A DNA stretch of 60,816 bases, filler included, from Hausera hauseri (lineage: Eukaryota), in assembly GCA_046269625.1 (NCBI GenBank). It is 12 parts of 12 records of this genome, joined end to end, with 100 filler letters (N's around TTAATTAATTAA, not from the genome) between each part and the next. Parts side by side here need not be neighbours in the genome. Positions count along the whole stretch, not along the records: positions 46,258 to 51,664 come from JBJURY010261177.1; positions 51,765 to 56,670 come from JBJURY010396034.1; positions 56,771 to 60,816 come from JBJURY010795646.1; 9 more parts are not named here. One strand, written 5' to 3'. A program made the translations under genes and the position numbers. The first letter of the stretch is position 1. Every line of letters starts with the position of its first letter. This document shows positions 46,258 through 59,509 of the stretch, in pieces. The notes beneath the pieces are model-generated. The model was not told the origin of the DNA, did not search any database, and saw only the letters and a program-made list of their open reading frames with translations.

Positions 46258-48935
46258 TCTTATAGAGGTCTTCGTCCTCTGTCTCCACTTGCCAGTATCC
46301 GGATTGTAACTCCAGAGTGGTAAACCATTTCGCTCCTGAGAGTCGATCTAATGCTTCTTTTACTGATGTCAATGGGAAAGAGTCTTTCATCATAAGATTA
46401 TTTAAAGCTCTGTAATCAATACAAAAATCGATGTTTTGTGGTACCTTTCTTCTTAACCATAAGGATGGGTGAATACCAAGATCTACAGCTAGGCCTGATT
46501 ATGTCTGACTTAAGCATTCGTTTGACTTCTTTTGTTATTTCGGGCTTTAATGAATGCGGCGGAGGGTACTATTTTGGCATCTTCTGGTCTTCCAAATCTA
46601 TTTTTTCGTTTGATCCTGGCTTTTTCTTCAGTGGAATAGTTAGTTTTAATGCTTTCGCTCTACCGATATTTTCTTCGTCCTTAGCAATAATCGATTTATA
46701 GCGGCATAACAATTCGTAGAATCGGCAATAATACTCAGGTGAAAACTTAGTTTCAACACGAGGTGAAAATTCGGCGTACTTGTAAGGCTTTTCTTCGATA
46801 GTTATTGACGATACTCTATATGTGTCTCCTAAAGTAGTATAAGCATGGAGCTTGACAGGAGTTTGCGCGTTATGAGCTATTCTAATTGGTACTCGGCTGG
46901 AGTGTACTCTCGTTAATACATTGCTGAGTAATATATTCGGATTTAACGTATCTCTCGGTTCAAAATATACTGGTTGATCATCATCTTGCTGTATCTGGGC
47001 ATAAATTATTATTTCTGTTCTTGGTGGAATGTTTTTGTCAATTGTTATCCACACTTCTCCAAATTTTCTAACCTTAGCGCTTTTCACGCCTTTATTTGGC
47101 CTGATTTCTATCAGCTTCCCTGTTTGTAAGTCAATTGCTATATTTGGCAGTCTTTTCAGTAGATCACATCCTAGAACTACGTCGTCGGTTAATTGTTCCA
47201 TAACCGCAAATTCATGCCGGAAAAGTTGTCCAACTAATTGAACTTCTGGGTTCCATTTAAACGAATATTTCGACATTTGACCAAAATCTCCTGTACTTCC
47301 TGGGTCCTTTGCAGACGGAGGATATAATTGTCCTCTTAGAGTTTGTGATATTGAACCATTTTTAATGTAAGACATTTCCGATCCTGTATCAATTAAGGCA
47401 TAAACGTCCCAATCTTCGATAATGATTTTGGCGAAGGGTCTCCCTTCTATTACTGTTCCGAAACAGTTCGGTGTATCCTTTGAGCGTTTCGCTGCCGATA
47501 TTTGTGTCCATTAATTCGGATTTCGGGAGAGGATACTATATTCTCCGATAATTGTCTTAATTCTTCATTTGGGTATAATTCGTTTTTTTCGATGTGTACT
47601 TCTTCCGCTTCGTGTGTACTGATTAATGGTTCTCGATTATTAGTATGTATTTCAGTATTCTGGAAAGTTTTTAACCTTGGATTGTCCCAAGCCATTGATC
47701 TAGTTTCTATATTCCGAGGTTCTCTCGGGGAATACAACATCTTGGGACCATCCGTGGATTGTCGATAACACATTTTCCGTAGAATTCCGTAACGCTTTGT
47801 TCCCTCATAAGGATCTTTTACATTAATTGTTCTTTTATAGATTTCCGTCTGATATGAACTCATGGATCGTTTTTCGCAATCTTCATAGAATTGAGCGGTA
47901 GGAGGTAACATGGGTAATGGTGCTTTAACGACAGAGTACATTTATTCCTGAAAGTACTTCTCCTCCCTTAGGCTCGTCATCATCTGAATTATTTCGTTGT
48001 GAATTGGGTTTTGTAAATTTCTGCTTTCGCAAGAATATGGTTTTTCCTTTTCGTTTACGATTATAATAGCCAACATGGCGTTCTACGTCCGATTTCCATC
48101 TATTTTCTTCGTATGCTTTCAAGAATTTTCCAAAGGGCGTTATGACTGCCGTCAATATATTACATGAAAATCCAGTCAATGTAAATATTACATAACCATT
48201 TATTACTGCCTGGATGACTGCTTTAATCAGAAGTATATCGCTAAAAATCCGGATGCAGCTTGTCCGAATATCAGAAATTTTCCGAACATTTTGTAAAGTA
48301 TTTCGGTTGTTACTCGCTGATAATGATTCACACCGAGTAAAGATTTCCATTTAGCTTGATATCGGGTGTCGTCTACTACAGACGCAATGGCTCGATTTAG
48401 CTCATGTGTTCGTTGTCGTGGAAAGGCAAGGAATTGTCTCAAAGCCTCAATTTCCTTCGGTCTGTATATGCCTTTCGATGAAGTGTCTTGAAATTTATCG
48501 TCTGATTTTCTTTTCGCGAGGTTGGTTCCTGTTAATTTATTTGGAGCGGCAATAATACCTCTGTAAGATTTACAGAGCATTTAATTAATAAATTCATTTT
48601 GATATGACATGGTTTGCCGGGCCCATTACTAGCAAACCTTTTTCTACAAATTATGTTTTCTATTATTAATTTTATTCTTCTTTTTGAAACCCATAATCCC
48701 AGTACCGGTTTCTTTTGTGGAAGACAAATTGTCATCTGAGAAGACTCCCTATTTCCACGTCTATCTTTGTTTGTAATCATCACTACCCCGTCGATTTCGC
48801 TTATGCCGAATATTTTTCCTGTTGACCGAAGTTTTATAACATCTGGTCTATATATCCCCATATACCCTTTACCCAATATATAGTCATATATAATATTCCT
48901 CAAATTAATTTCTTTAGTTTTCGCAGCCATTGATA
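46258..48935 (-). mobile_element. Ty3/Gypsy family B, degenerate gag-protease-RT start
   Basis: Protease ALIDTGSE; RT SPILMVKKK...RFCIDYRALN...DSFPL...WFTTLELQSGYWQV. Candidate LTR end and PBS ...TATCA-A-TGGCTGCG at 48918-48935. Confidence 0.88.
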
Positions 48936-49139
48936 TCGGAGGGCTGCTCTCCGGGGGAATTTCTCCACCATTAAATATGTGTCTGTAAACAAGCATACAG
49001 ATTTTATCAGACACACACAAACACACACAAACCCTGGCAGGGCTAGCCAAACCAGAAAAACGAGAATAACAATGGTAACTAATAACAATATTATTTATAC
49101 GACACACAAGTACCTTCCACGTTCCTGGAATAATCAAGT

Positions 49140-50012
49140 GAAACTCGGTCCTGAGTAATAAATCAAAGTAGTTCGTATTCGATACATTTTTGTTTCCAAC
49201 TTCAAACATAGACGCATCAGTGGATTTCCATTTCTGTATTAAATTTGAGCCTTGAATATCTTTTACTTTAACTATGATTTCCTTTAAATCACAATCATTT
49301 CGACAAAGGAGTTTTGGAACGGTTTTTAAACTTATCTGATCATTTTTTTCAAGTTCTGATATATATTTTTTCCATCTTTTCCCATCATCAGATCGAGATT
49401 TAATTTCAGAAATTCGCTGAGATATAGACACAGATCCAAATTTTAACACTTTAAATCTCAAAATAAACGTTTCAGAAATTTGTATTTGTTTCTGTAAATA
49501 AGACGATTGGGACAGTTTTGATCGTCTATATTTCTGAGGCCTCTCCTGGCCTGAATTTCGCATATTTTTCAGTGAGAGGCGAAAGACATAATCCGCGAAT
49601 TTGTCCGCGTCGAATGATACCTCATTTTCATCTTTTCTCTTAATATTTTGGGCAAATTTTAACGTTGTCGATTTTGTCCTTAATAGGACTTTTTGAGCAA
49701 TCATTTCAATTTTGTATTTAGAATTCATAATTTCTTTGATTTATATTATCAATATATCCATATTACTGCTATAGCAGTATTCTGTACATATATTAACATA
49801 TATATTGACATTCACACATTCGTTGTAAAAGCGCCTAGAACGGCCACGAATTCCCGAGCACAATCCTCGGAATTGATAATACTAATTGAAAAACAATAAT
49901 CTTCTACTGATAAATCATAGTCGCGATGATATTCAACACCTATAATGAATGAAGCAGAAAGTGGTCGCGAGATGACTACAAATGCTATCAATATAATGGT
50001 GGTTCCAAGCAT
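49140..50012 (-). other. Unidentified host coding fragment interrupted by the family B element
   Basis: Hydrophobic segments in ORF 49812-50012, followed by about 200 open K/S-rich codons. Possibly a membrane protein with a long loop; not identified. Confidence 0.3.
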
Positions 50013-52519
50013 TATGAATCTAAATATACAAATTATTTCTGCTCTTATCCATTAATTTGAATGTTTTACCATCTTAGTTTTCCTTTGATTGTTTACTTTT
50101 CGGCGATTGGATAACCTGCCACAATTCCAAACCCCAAATCCGTTTCGTTGCGCATTGCTATTTCTAACAACCGACAAAATTTGAAAATGACTTAACTCGA
50201 ATTGCAAGGTGAGAATCACCCTTTGTTGGATAAAAACTTACAAATTGCTTGTTTGTAAACATATGACTGCTACATGATCATAATATATTAGGTTTGACTA
50301 TTCATTGTATTACAAATAAATGTTATTCAGCTGAGAATTTCGAAGTGAAGTGAATTCAATTATTCAAATTAAAGATATTGGTACCAATAGTTTTGTTTTT
50401 TAGTTTGTGGATTTCCTCGCATGTCCAAAGGAATAATTGAAACAATTGAAAGTATGTTTACTACTGTGTATTACCTTCATTTTAGTGAATATATTTATGA
50501 ATCAACATTTTGTCAAATTTCAAAAAAAAACTTTGAATTTCGGTTTGCAGGGAGACTGAAACTTAATAAGCAAACTCTTCATAACAAAAGCAAACAATTT
50601 GACGATTAAATGGTTATATTTGATACCCCTAAAGTTGTTTTATGCAAAGGAAATTTTATAGTAAAAGTAACAGCCATATTGCTATTTGTAATTGAACGTT
50701 TGCTAAAATAAGCAAAACATTCTAACAGATGTGCTTATATCAACGTACGAATTTGTTTATAGTAATATGATATAATTCCAATAAAACTTAATTACCAGGT
50801 CTTAAGCATTATAATAACGGTGGTTGTGTAAATAGGTGAACAACAATAAATATGAATAACAATAAGTTCCATTGAATCGTTTTAGTTCATAATACAACGT
50901 ATGATGATAAAATCTAAAACAATTGAAGAAAACCTGAAGTTAAATAAGCAAAATTTTCCAATTAAATAGTCTTAAAACAAGAGTAAAATAACAAAGAACG
51001 TCGCTGCATGTATGTATTACATAGTATTCGTTATTTAAATGTAACAGATATTGATTGAGAAATCAATCAAATATGTAGTTATTATATTTTGTCTGTTATT
51101 GGGTATTAACCTAAAGTAATTCTTGAGAAATATTATATATTATATTACTTGTATATTTATGACAATTATGTTAACTTCTGTCGTTTCATCTGTTAGCAGA
51201 TGTATTGCATAATACTTTATACCAAGCTCTTTTCATTCTACACAAGAAGTTGCCTTGTACACTTTTTATTCATAACTGGAGTTGTTGTTAGTAAAGTTAA
51301 ATATTTTATTGTTTTCATTCATTCACGAATATTCGCCCAAAGGATCTCTTTTTACGGATTTTTATGCAGAAGAAATTACGTTCTTTGCTTACAAAGTATT
51401 GCAATAATAATGTTGTAGTTATGTTGCAGTTAAATTCCCGACATTTTCTCGCCGCTTAGATTCTGACATTTTCTTCAAATGTAAATATCAATTGTAGAAA
51501 TTTTCTTGGCATTTGTGCAATACAGTAATGGTAATTTAGAATTTAGAAAGTAGTTGAAAAGGCCATTTAAAAGATCGATAACCCAATATAAATGAAAAAT
51601 TTGCGAACGCCTACATCGCATGTCATATAAAATTACCCGAAATCGTGTATGCCTAGATAGCGAGNNNNNNNNNNNNNNNNNNNNNNNNNNNNNNNNNNNN
51701 NNNNNNNNTTAATTAATTAANNNNNNNNNNNNNNNNNNNNNNNNNNNNNNNNNNNNNNNNNNNNTTAGTAATAGCTAAACTTCTAACAGCTTCTAATTCT
51801 ACTACAAGATTAATCAAGTTTATATACTGGTGGATAATCACCCACATCAAAAGAATATAGTCACGCAGCCGCACCGTGGCGCTACCATTAGATTTACATT
51901 TGTCAGTCTTATCTACATCTTTCAGATTTTCTTATTTCCTCTTCGATCACGACAGAAATCAAATTCATCAAGCTGGCGGCTGAACAGTGACGTCAGCTGT
52001 TATTTTATTGTTTATCAGTATGGATTTATTGAAATGTATTACAAAAACTAATTTTGCGTCAACTCTGGATAATTCCATATTGATAATTTTTTACTAAACT
52101 ACGGAATATAATGATTTTAAGTAATTTCTTTTATAAGAATCTCCAGTAATATTATATAATAAGTAAGAAGTATGGATCACTGAACAAATCACTAAATCAA
52201 CCGATAACTTAGAAATGGATCAAGTTCTGTAATTGACAACTGTCCATTTCACCCATATGTCACAAATCTAAAGCATGTTGGAACACTTTCTTACAAACAT
52301 TGAAAAGTTCAAAACTTATGGATTGTGACGAACATAAAACATTTCTACATGAAAAAGCTGATAGTGAAGCATTTGACAATTCATGATGAAAGTAACGAAT
52401 TGTCTTTCAATCTTTTGGATAAGGTCGTGCTTCCACAAGAATCAGACATGCGGTGAAAATGGAAAAATACGGATGATTTTAGTAATATTTTTTCATTAAC
52501 TCGGAACATATTGACATCC

Positions 52520-52845
52520 TGACGCAATGTTATTCTCGTTCTATAGTATATTTTAGATGGAACCATCTCCGTCATCTCGATTTCTGACTGTGGGTTCTAG
52601 GGTTGTTCAGTAACTAGATTACCCGCGTCTGCATCTTATGATTTGATTGTCAGGGCGCGAGAAAAGTCGAAGTGAATAAACAAGCTTCTGAATATGACTG
52701 CAGAACCAAAAATCGCACGGCCTAAGGTCTGGAGGCCTAACGGACCATTCAGTGAAGAAAAGAGAAATGTCCTTTCGGATTTCTTTGGTATAGTCAAAGG
52801 CAGTAAAAACATTTATGTATTCGTGTACATGCTTTCTATTAATAT
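52520..52845 (-). mobile_element. Tc1/mariner-superfamily transposase C-terminal remnant
   Basis: EWSVRPPDLRPCDFWFCSHIQKLVY matches the WPxRSPDLxPCDFxLWGxLKxxVY motif. Confidence 0.75.
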
Positions 52846-54472
52846 TGTAATGGTGAGGCCCATGGTGATTTTGACCTCCGAATGATGCCGATTTTTCAAG
52901 TTCGTTGAATTCTGACTGTACATGTAGTAGCAAAGAAAGATTTCAATTATAGACCATTTGGTGACTACGGTAGGTGAACAATTTAATCATCATGGATGGC
53001 TTCCCTCTACCTCTTATATGGGATATTCTGCACAGCCCTAACAATACAAAAACATTATCCACAGTCGATCTGCACAAGGCTTACCATCAAATGCCTGTTG
53101 CATCCGATGTCATTCTAAAGACTGCTGTCATTACTCCATTTGGCCTTTATAAGTACCTCTTTATGCCATTCGGCTTATGAAGCGCATTCCAGACCTTCCA
53201 GCGCCACACTGATACTGTTCTCTCTGGACTTGATTTCCTTCATCCTCACATAGATGACATATTTGTTGCCTCCGCTTCCGTTAAACAACATCATGAACAT
53301 CTTCTAATTCTTTTACATAAATTACATCAAAGCAACTTACAAGTCAATTTCTCCAAGTGTAATTTCTTCCAGAAACGTGTCAATTTCTTAGACCACATTA
53401 TCACTTCTTACGATCATTCCCCAAAGCCTGATCGATTTCAGCTACCATCCACTACCACAGATATCAGAAGCTTCCTAGGCACATTCCGCTTTATGCATAA
53501 ATACGTGCCGCATTGTTCCGAACTAACGGTAGTATTTGCACATCTCTTATTCGGAAAGAAAATGTAGGAAAAGAAAAAAAGGATTCCTGAGCTAGTTAAC
53601 AAATTCGACCACTTGCGCGAATGTCCAAAAATTGTTGAAATTCTGGCCTATCCAAAACTCGACTCAGTACTCATTCTCACCACCGACGTCTGTCCCACAG
53701 CTATTGGTGTGATACTGCACCAAATATCCAACTGTGTCACCTATTCTCTAGAATTCTACTCTCAAAAACTCTCATCACCGGAAAGCCGCTACTGAACGTC
53801 TAACCGTGATCTACTAGCCATAGTTCTGGCAGTAAAGCATATCAAGAATCTCCTTCTCTCTCGTCCATTTGTCATTCAAACCAAACATAAGCCTCTCCTG
53901 CACATCATGTCTCTAAAACAAACATCATCGACGCAAGAACGAAAGATATTGTATCTGTCCACATTTAGTTTTGTTATAAAATATATTACAAGTACTGACA
54001 ATTTGGTGGCAGATTTTCTGTCGCTGTCGGTCAGTTCAATTGCCTGAGCCAATATTTTATTCCGAAATCTTAAAAGTCAATCAACCATCCACTTATATCC
54101 TTAATTCCTTCGTATCTTTTGAAATCACTGATGGCATTACATGTGATACATCGAACTCTGGAAATAAAAAAATTATTCTCGCTCTTTATTTGCAAATGCC
54201 AGCTTTTCTTAATACTCATTCACTCCACCATCCAGGTTCGAAGACAACGTTTCGCTTGCTCCAACGCCAAGTTGTATGGTCATAAATGCGCACAGATGTA
54301 CAGGTGTGTTAAGAAATGCGTAACCTATCAGAAATACAAAATATCTAGGCACCTTAATCCACCACTATTCCACTTCCCTTGTACATCACGCTTCGGCACC
54401 GTTCATCTGGATCTTGTAGACCCCTTACATTACGACAAGAGATATCAATACATCTTAATAATGATGGATCGT
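52846..54472 (+). mobile_element. Ty3/Gypsy family A degenerate RT-RH-integrase N-terminus with an inverted 5' tip; copy A4
   Basis: [32 protein letters not shown]. Truncated after IMMDR. Confidence 0.92.
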
Positions 54473-54929
54473 ATTAAACATTCCATGGTACAGCAAAACC
54501 TATTTCTGACTATACTGAAAATTCAAGCTTTCTCACATTTAAAATTAACGACTCAAATGAGTTTTCTTCTGCGAGTCCACATGAACGATATAAATCAGAG
54601 AAACACGTCCTTTAACAAGGGCATAAAGGCGAAGTTTAAAAGCGTTGTTCAGATCACAGTTATCAGGTCTTCAGTTGCATTTCGGTTAACCTCACCGATT
54701 CATAACTTTCTTTCATTTCATCAATTCCAATAGAGTCGAAACGATAATTCGACTCATACCAGCATTGCCACCGACTAACATCTCGAAAAGTCTTTCAAAT
54801 GGGCTTGATCCAAGAAATTTCCGAAACATATCATTTGGGTCTCTGAAATGATTTATCCAATTGAACTGACCCGTTCCTTGAGTTGTATTTACTGAATTTC
54901 TAATATATATATTTGGGAATCTTGAGAAA

Positions 54930-55711
54930 GTTTATACTGTTGTGTTTCTTCAACAGTTTTATCCAGAGATGCTATCCAGTCGATAATTTTTCCTAGCCGC
55001 AATTCTTTTCATCTTTTTGGTATCATAATGCCAAAAACAAGCGCCAAATAATCCTGATCTCTGTTTAGTCCCAATGAATTTAATGATTTTCGTTTGAATA
55101 TTAAACAAAATGACTTTTTCATTAGTTGATATTAACAAAAAGTCTTTGCAGTTATCCAATTGAACGATGCGCTGTTTATTCAACTTTAAAATGCTTTCAG
55201 ATGGAATGTAAAAGTAGTCTTTTGTTTGCTGCGGAATAATAATTAAATCGACATTCCCATTACTAAATCCACAAAATAATCTTGATCATTAAAAAAAATT
55301 ATCAAAAATTATCGTCTGAATGTCCCCATTACCGATGATGTCAACTTGTCGAACAATTTGATAAGACTTAGCGAGAATATCCAATTTATAAACGAATACT
55401 TGAAGTTTTGTATTTGCATAAGCGAAATAATTTTTAAAGCAAGAAAATTTCATACATTCAACCGGAATATCGTTTAACATAATGTTTGACCAGTACATGA
55501 GCTTGGCATTTTCCAAACAGAATAGGTAGATATTACCTGGGTTACATCCGAGAGCCAGAAGAGGATTTGTAATTATTACCCAACTGAATATAATTTGATG
55601 GGAAAGTTCGACTGAAAAATTTATCTGTTCGCTTAATGGTGTATCTAATAAACCAATCTCATAATTATTTATAAAGTACGATGACATCGGAAATTGAGAT
55701 ATGAAATTCAA
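54930..55711 (-). pseudogene. TECPR2/HPS5-like N-terminal WD40 propeller fragment
   Basis: LALGCNPGNIYLFC, KFSCF, RLFCG and IVQLD...LLIST...IGTKQRSGLFGACF match the TECPR2/HPS5 N-terminus. In-frame TAA TGA at 55286-55291. Confidence 0.75.
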
Positions 55712-56057
55712 TTCTTTACAAAATTTTATTTATTAAAACAAATCATTTATTTCAATGATTCAACAAATCTTATCCAAAAGATACAGTACAATACAACGAC
55801 AATTTGTCAGTAATATAAAATCACCTATCAAAATAAAAATATCCAGTCATAATGCCACAATTCATCCGATAATTCAATCATCGATAAGTATGTTGGATAA
55901 TAAACCAACAGTGTAACGCCAGCATATGCACACTCACACACTGACAAACTACTGCACTTACGTCATCACCAAATCGAACGAATGCGCACACGCAAAAGAT
56001 AAAAAATTTATCATATTTACAAAAATCCGTTGTCAATTTCAAACACTGGTATCGTCC

Positions 56058-56249
56058 TTATGACAACTGCTGGTCACCTTCGACCGACGTGATCATAACA
56101 GTGTACGGTCTGATCATAGGAATGAGGCCTTCAACGGGAATGCCGAATGTTATGTCGGGAAGGGCATTCTTTCTTCCGTTTGCTCGGCGTTTATAAAATT
56201 CCGAATTATCCGCAGAAATTGCTGGAAAGTCAATGGAATATCCATTCAT
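56058..56249 (-). CDS. Possible PKI-like (PKA inhibitor) small protein
   Basis: 63-aa ORF containing EFYKRRANGRKNALPDI, similar to the PKI pseudosubstrate F-x6-GRRNA[IL]xDI. Confidence 0.4.
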   Translation of the reverse strand: MNGYSIDFPAISADNSEFYKRRANGRKNALPDITFGIPVEGLIPMIRPYTVMITSVEGDQQLS

Positions 56250-56324
56250 TGAATAATGCAGTTAATATCCAATATATCAATGATATGAACTATTATAGAC
56301 TGTAGATGCTGCTTACATTCTCAA

Positions 56325-56427
56325 GTCGGAAGATCGGACCCGACTATGGGCCCGACGCGGCGAATACGGACGCCCGGCCGTGCCCGACCAAATGGGCCAA
56401 AGGGCATCGGCTGCTATGGGAACCACA
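56325..56427 (-). repeat. Isolated 5' part of a family A LTR
   Basis: About 100 bp colinear with 3970-4075 and starting TGTGG at 56427, with no PPT next to it. Confidence 0.8.
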
Positions 56428-56770
56428 CTTTCCATATGATATAAAGTTTCCATTAAATTGTAAAGGTACATTTAATTATATTTGTTATCTCATTCACTTA
56501 GTTTTGACTGTTGGTGTATGTTTGCTTGAAAAATTAGTTTTGAATGAAAATGTGCAAATGTTTAACGGTGAACAATGCCCCCAGAGAAGGGACATCCCGA
56601 AACCAATGGTCGTGAATGTTCCAAAAATTGAAGTACGTTTTTTGTTTCGCAAACGTTTCTTTTTCTCAATNNNNNNNNNNNNNNNNNNNNNNNNNNNNNN
56701 NNNNNNNNNNNNNNTTAATTAATTAANNNNNNNNNNNNNNNNNNNNNNNNNNNNNNNNNNNNNNNNNNNN

Positions 56771-58190
56771 TTGCATCACCCAGGTTCCAAGGCTACATTC
56801 CGCCTTCTCAAACGTCACGTAACATGGCCATCAATGAGGTCTGATGTGCAGAGTTGGGTTAGGCAATGTGTAGCTTGCCAAAAATTCAAAGTTGTTAAAT
56901 ACCTTAAACTACCATTATTCCATTTCCCATGTTCATCCCGTTTTGGGTCAGTACATATAGATATCGTTGGCCCATTACCTTCCGATAACGGCCACCAATT
57001 CATCTTAACAATGATGGACCGCGCGTCTCGCTGGCCTGAAGCCGTTTTTTTGCGCACCATCAACACAGACTCGATTGCCGATGCATTCATAAGGATTTGG
57101 ATTAGCCGCTTCGGTTCACCTCGCTATATAATTACAGACCAAGGTCCTCAATTTGAATCGAACCCATTCAAATCTTTAGTTAATCGACTGGGCATAAATC
57201 AAATACACACAACTCCATATCATCTCCAGTCGAACGGCTTATTGGAACGCTTTCATCGAACTCTCAAGATCTCGCTAAAAATCCTGGCTGAATCTCATAA
57301 GAATTGGACAACCATACTCCCTTTTGTTTTACTTGGGTGGCGCAACACGCCGTCTACTACCACCGGTTGCGCACCTGCTGAAGCACTCTTCGGTATTACA
57401 ATTCGTGCACTTTTCGAGCTCACTGATTTGAACAACACACCAACTGATGAAACAAATAGGCCTGTACAAAATCACTTCGTTCAGCTAAGCCAGGATTCTT
57501 TCTGTAAAATAAAACATGGAAACAAAACATACTTACCTGACTGGCTATTTAATGCAAAATTCGTTTGGCTAAAAACCCTTCACCTTCGGGATTCCAACCA
57601 AACTATTTAGGACCATTTAAAGTCCCCAACCTAAGTTCATACACGGTTACCATAGTCAAAAACGATAAAGAGCAAAACGTACACATAAATAACGTAAAAC
57701 TAGCCTTCTTCGTCGATGATACACCGGAATCTTCAGTTGAATCCACATAAAACTTTCTTGATTCTTTCAATTCTTCTCCCATGCTACCTGCACAAGAACC
57801 TGCTACTCCAAAACGTGTATCGACTCATAACATTACGCAAAACGACATACCGACTAGTTCTCGAGCTACTGATACGTCAAATCAAAATTTAACTTCCTCC
57901 CAACCAACTCAGCAAGCAATCAAACAACACAGTAAGAAACATAAGACAGATACCTTCAGAAAATACAGCAGAGAACAGAATGTCGATAAAATTCAACGCC
58001 TTGTTCATACAAAGATGCAATAACTCATAAAACGTATTCTTTCCACGTTTCTGTTTCAATCACATCAAAAACTTGCTTCTTTCAATATTTCGTCAACACC
58101 TCACTCTTTGTTTTCTTGCTTTCGCCTCGACAATGTCATTTTATAACGGGGAGTGGTGTGGCGTCACGGGCGCCGCCACGTTCCAACAAC
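56771..58190 (+). mobile_element. Ty3/Gypsy family A integrase, tail, PPT and LTR start; copy A5
   Basis: Open 279-aa integrase ORF (HHPG, CVAC, HIDIVGPLP, TDQG, ERFHR). PPT ACGGGGAGTGG then TGTGGCGTC at 58157. Confidence 0.95.
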
Positions 58191-59509
58191 AATGCAGAAT
58201 GCTTAACAATCTATCGTCAGTCCAAGTTGCTAATCAAGTACAACATTCTCAATGAAAACTATATTCTTAGTGTTGCTGCTGACAAATGAATGTCGTCAAA
58301 GCTATTTGTACCAGTCCTTTGAAATTGCTTTTATAAAGAATTTGTCATAATAAAGATGATCAGTCCAACAATATGAAAACAAGAGGTTTCTTTTGGAAAA
58401 AACAAAATCGTACGCCTACATTACGTGATTTTACAGCCGCAAGTGGTGAAACCATCGTTCGTCGAAGGTACGTCCAGGCGCTAAGTTTTTGAAGAAAACA
58501 CAATTAGTCCAATATTAATGGTCCATGTCGAAATTCTTCGGCATGTTATAAAATTCGTCAATTAATCGTACAAATGCCATTAGAGCAACCGAAACGCACA
58601 GAATTATATTTAGCAATATTAACATTTCCAAAACCTACATCCAGCCAGAATTTTTCAATAAGTCAGGAATTTAAAGATCAACGCTATTCTGCATGTGGAA
58701 ATATTTGTGATCCGTTAAAATGATCCAAGACAAGTAAGACGACAAAGATTGAGCACATCAGCAATATCAGACATACCTCCCGTTAATTCAATTTTAGACA
58801 TAATATTTTCCATCTATGATGCATTTGGTTCTGCGTATTTACGACGACGATCTAGTACATTATCTCAATCGGGACATAATCGATCGGATATGTCCTAACG
58901 TTATGCTCAAATCAAAAGATATTGCACAATAAAACATTTCATACAGCAAAACATTTTATGGACAACCTTTTTATTAGAGAACGCATTTTTTGTCTTTTAT
59001 CCAACGTATATCGTTGATATGTAAATATACAAATTGTGGTAATGTAGATTGATTTATAAAGAGTATAACGGCAGTAAAATTCTATTTTACTTACATTTTG
59101 TACTACTTAATTTTCAGTATGAGACGTGTTTTATATGTGTGTTTTGATTCTATATTTGTTACCTTGTTTTCTAGATGTTTACGTTTGGATTCAACATTGT
59201 TACGTTTTTTTACTTTTATTATTTGCGTTTTGTGAATATTATTATTGCAACTGTTATTAGTAAATATTTTTATTCGTAATGTTTCAGAAAATGACTCAAT
59301 AAAAAATTGATGACAAGTAATTGATAAAATTTTTTTAAAAACTGGTTGAGATAATAAACGTCATTAATAACCGTTTTGTTTTCTATATTACCGTTTATTT
59401 CTCATTCTGCCGTTCTACGTTCAATAAGTATAACAGAAGCGACTTCCGATTTGAATTATTTTTATACTCATTCATTATATAGAAAATTTTATTACGGTAA
59501 CAAATACGA

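Noticed and set aside
48532-49728. 398-aa ORF as a single real protein
   Set aside because: It runs from a host-like segment through an LTR-like tract (VCVCLCV from a CA-rich repeat) into the Gypsy leader, so it is probably a fortuitous read-through.
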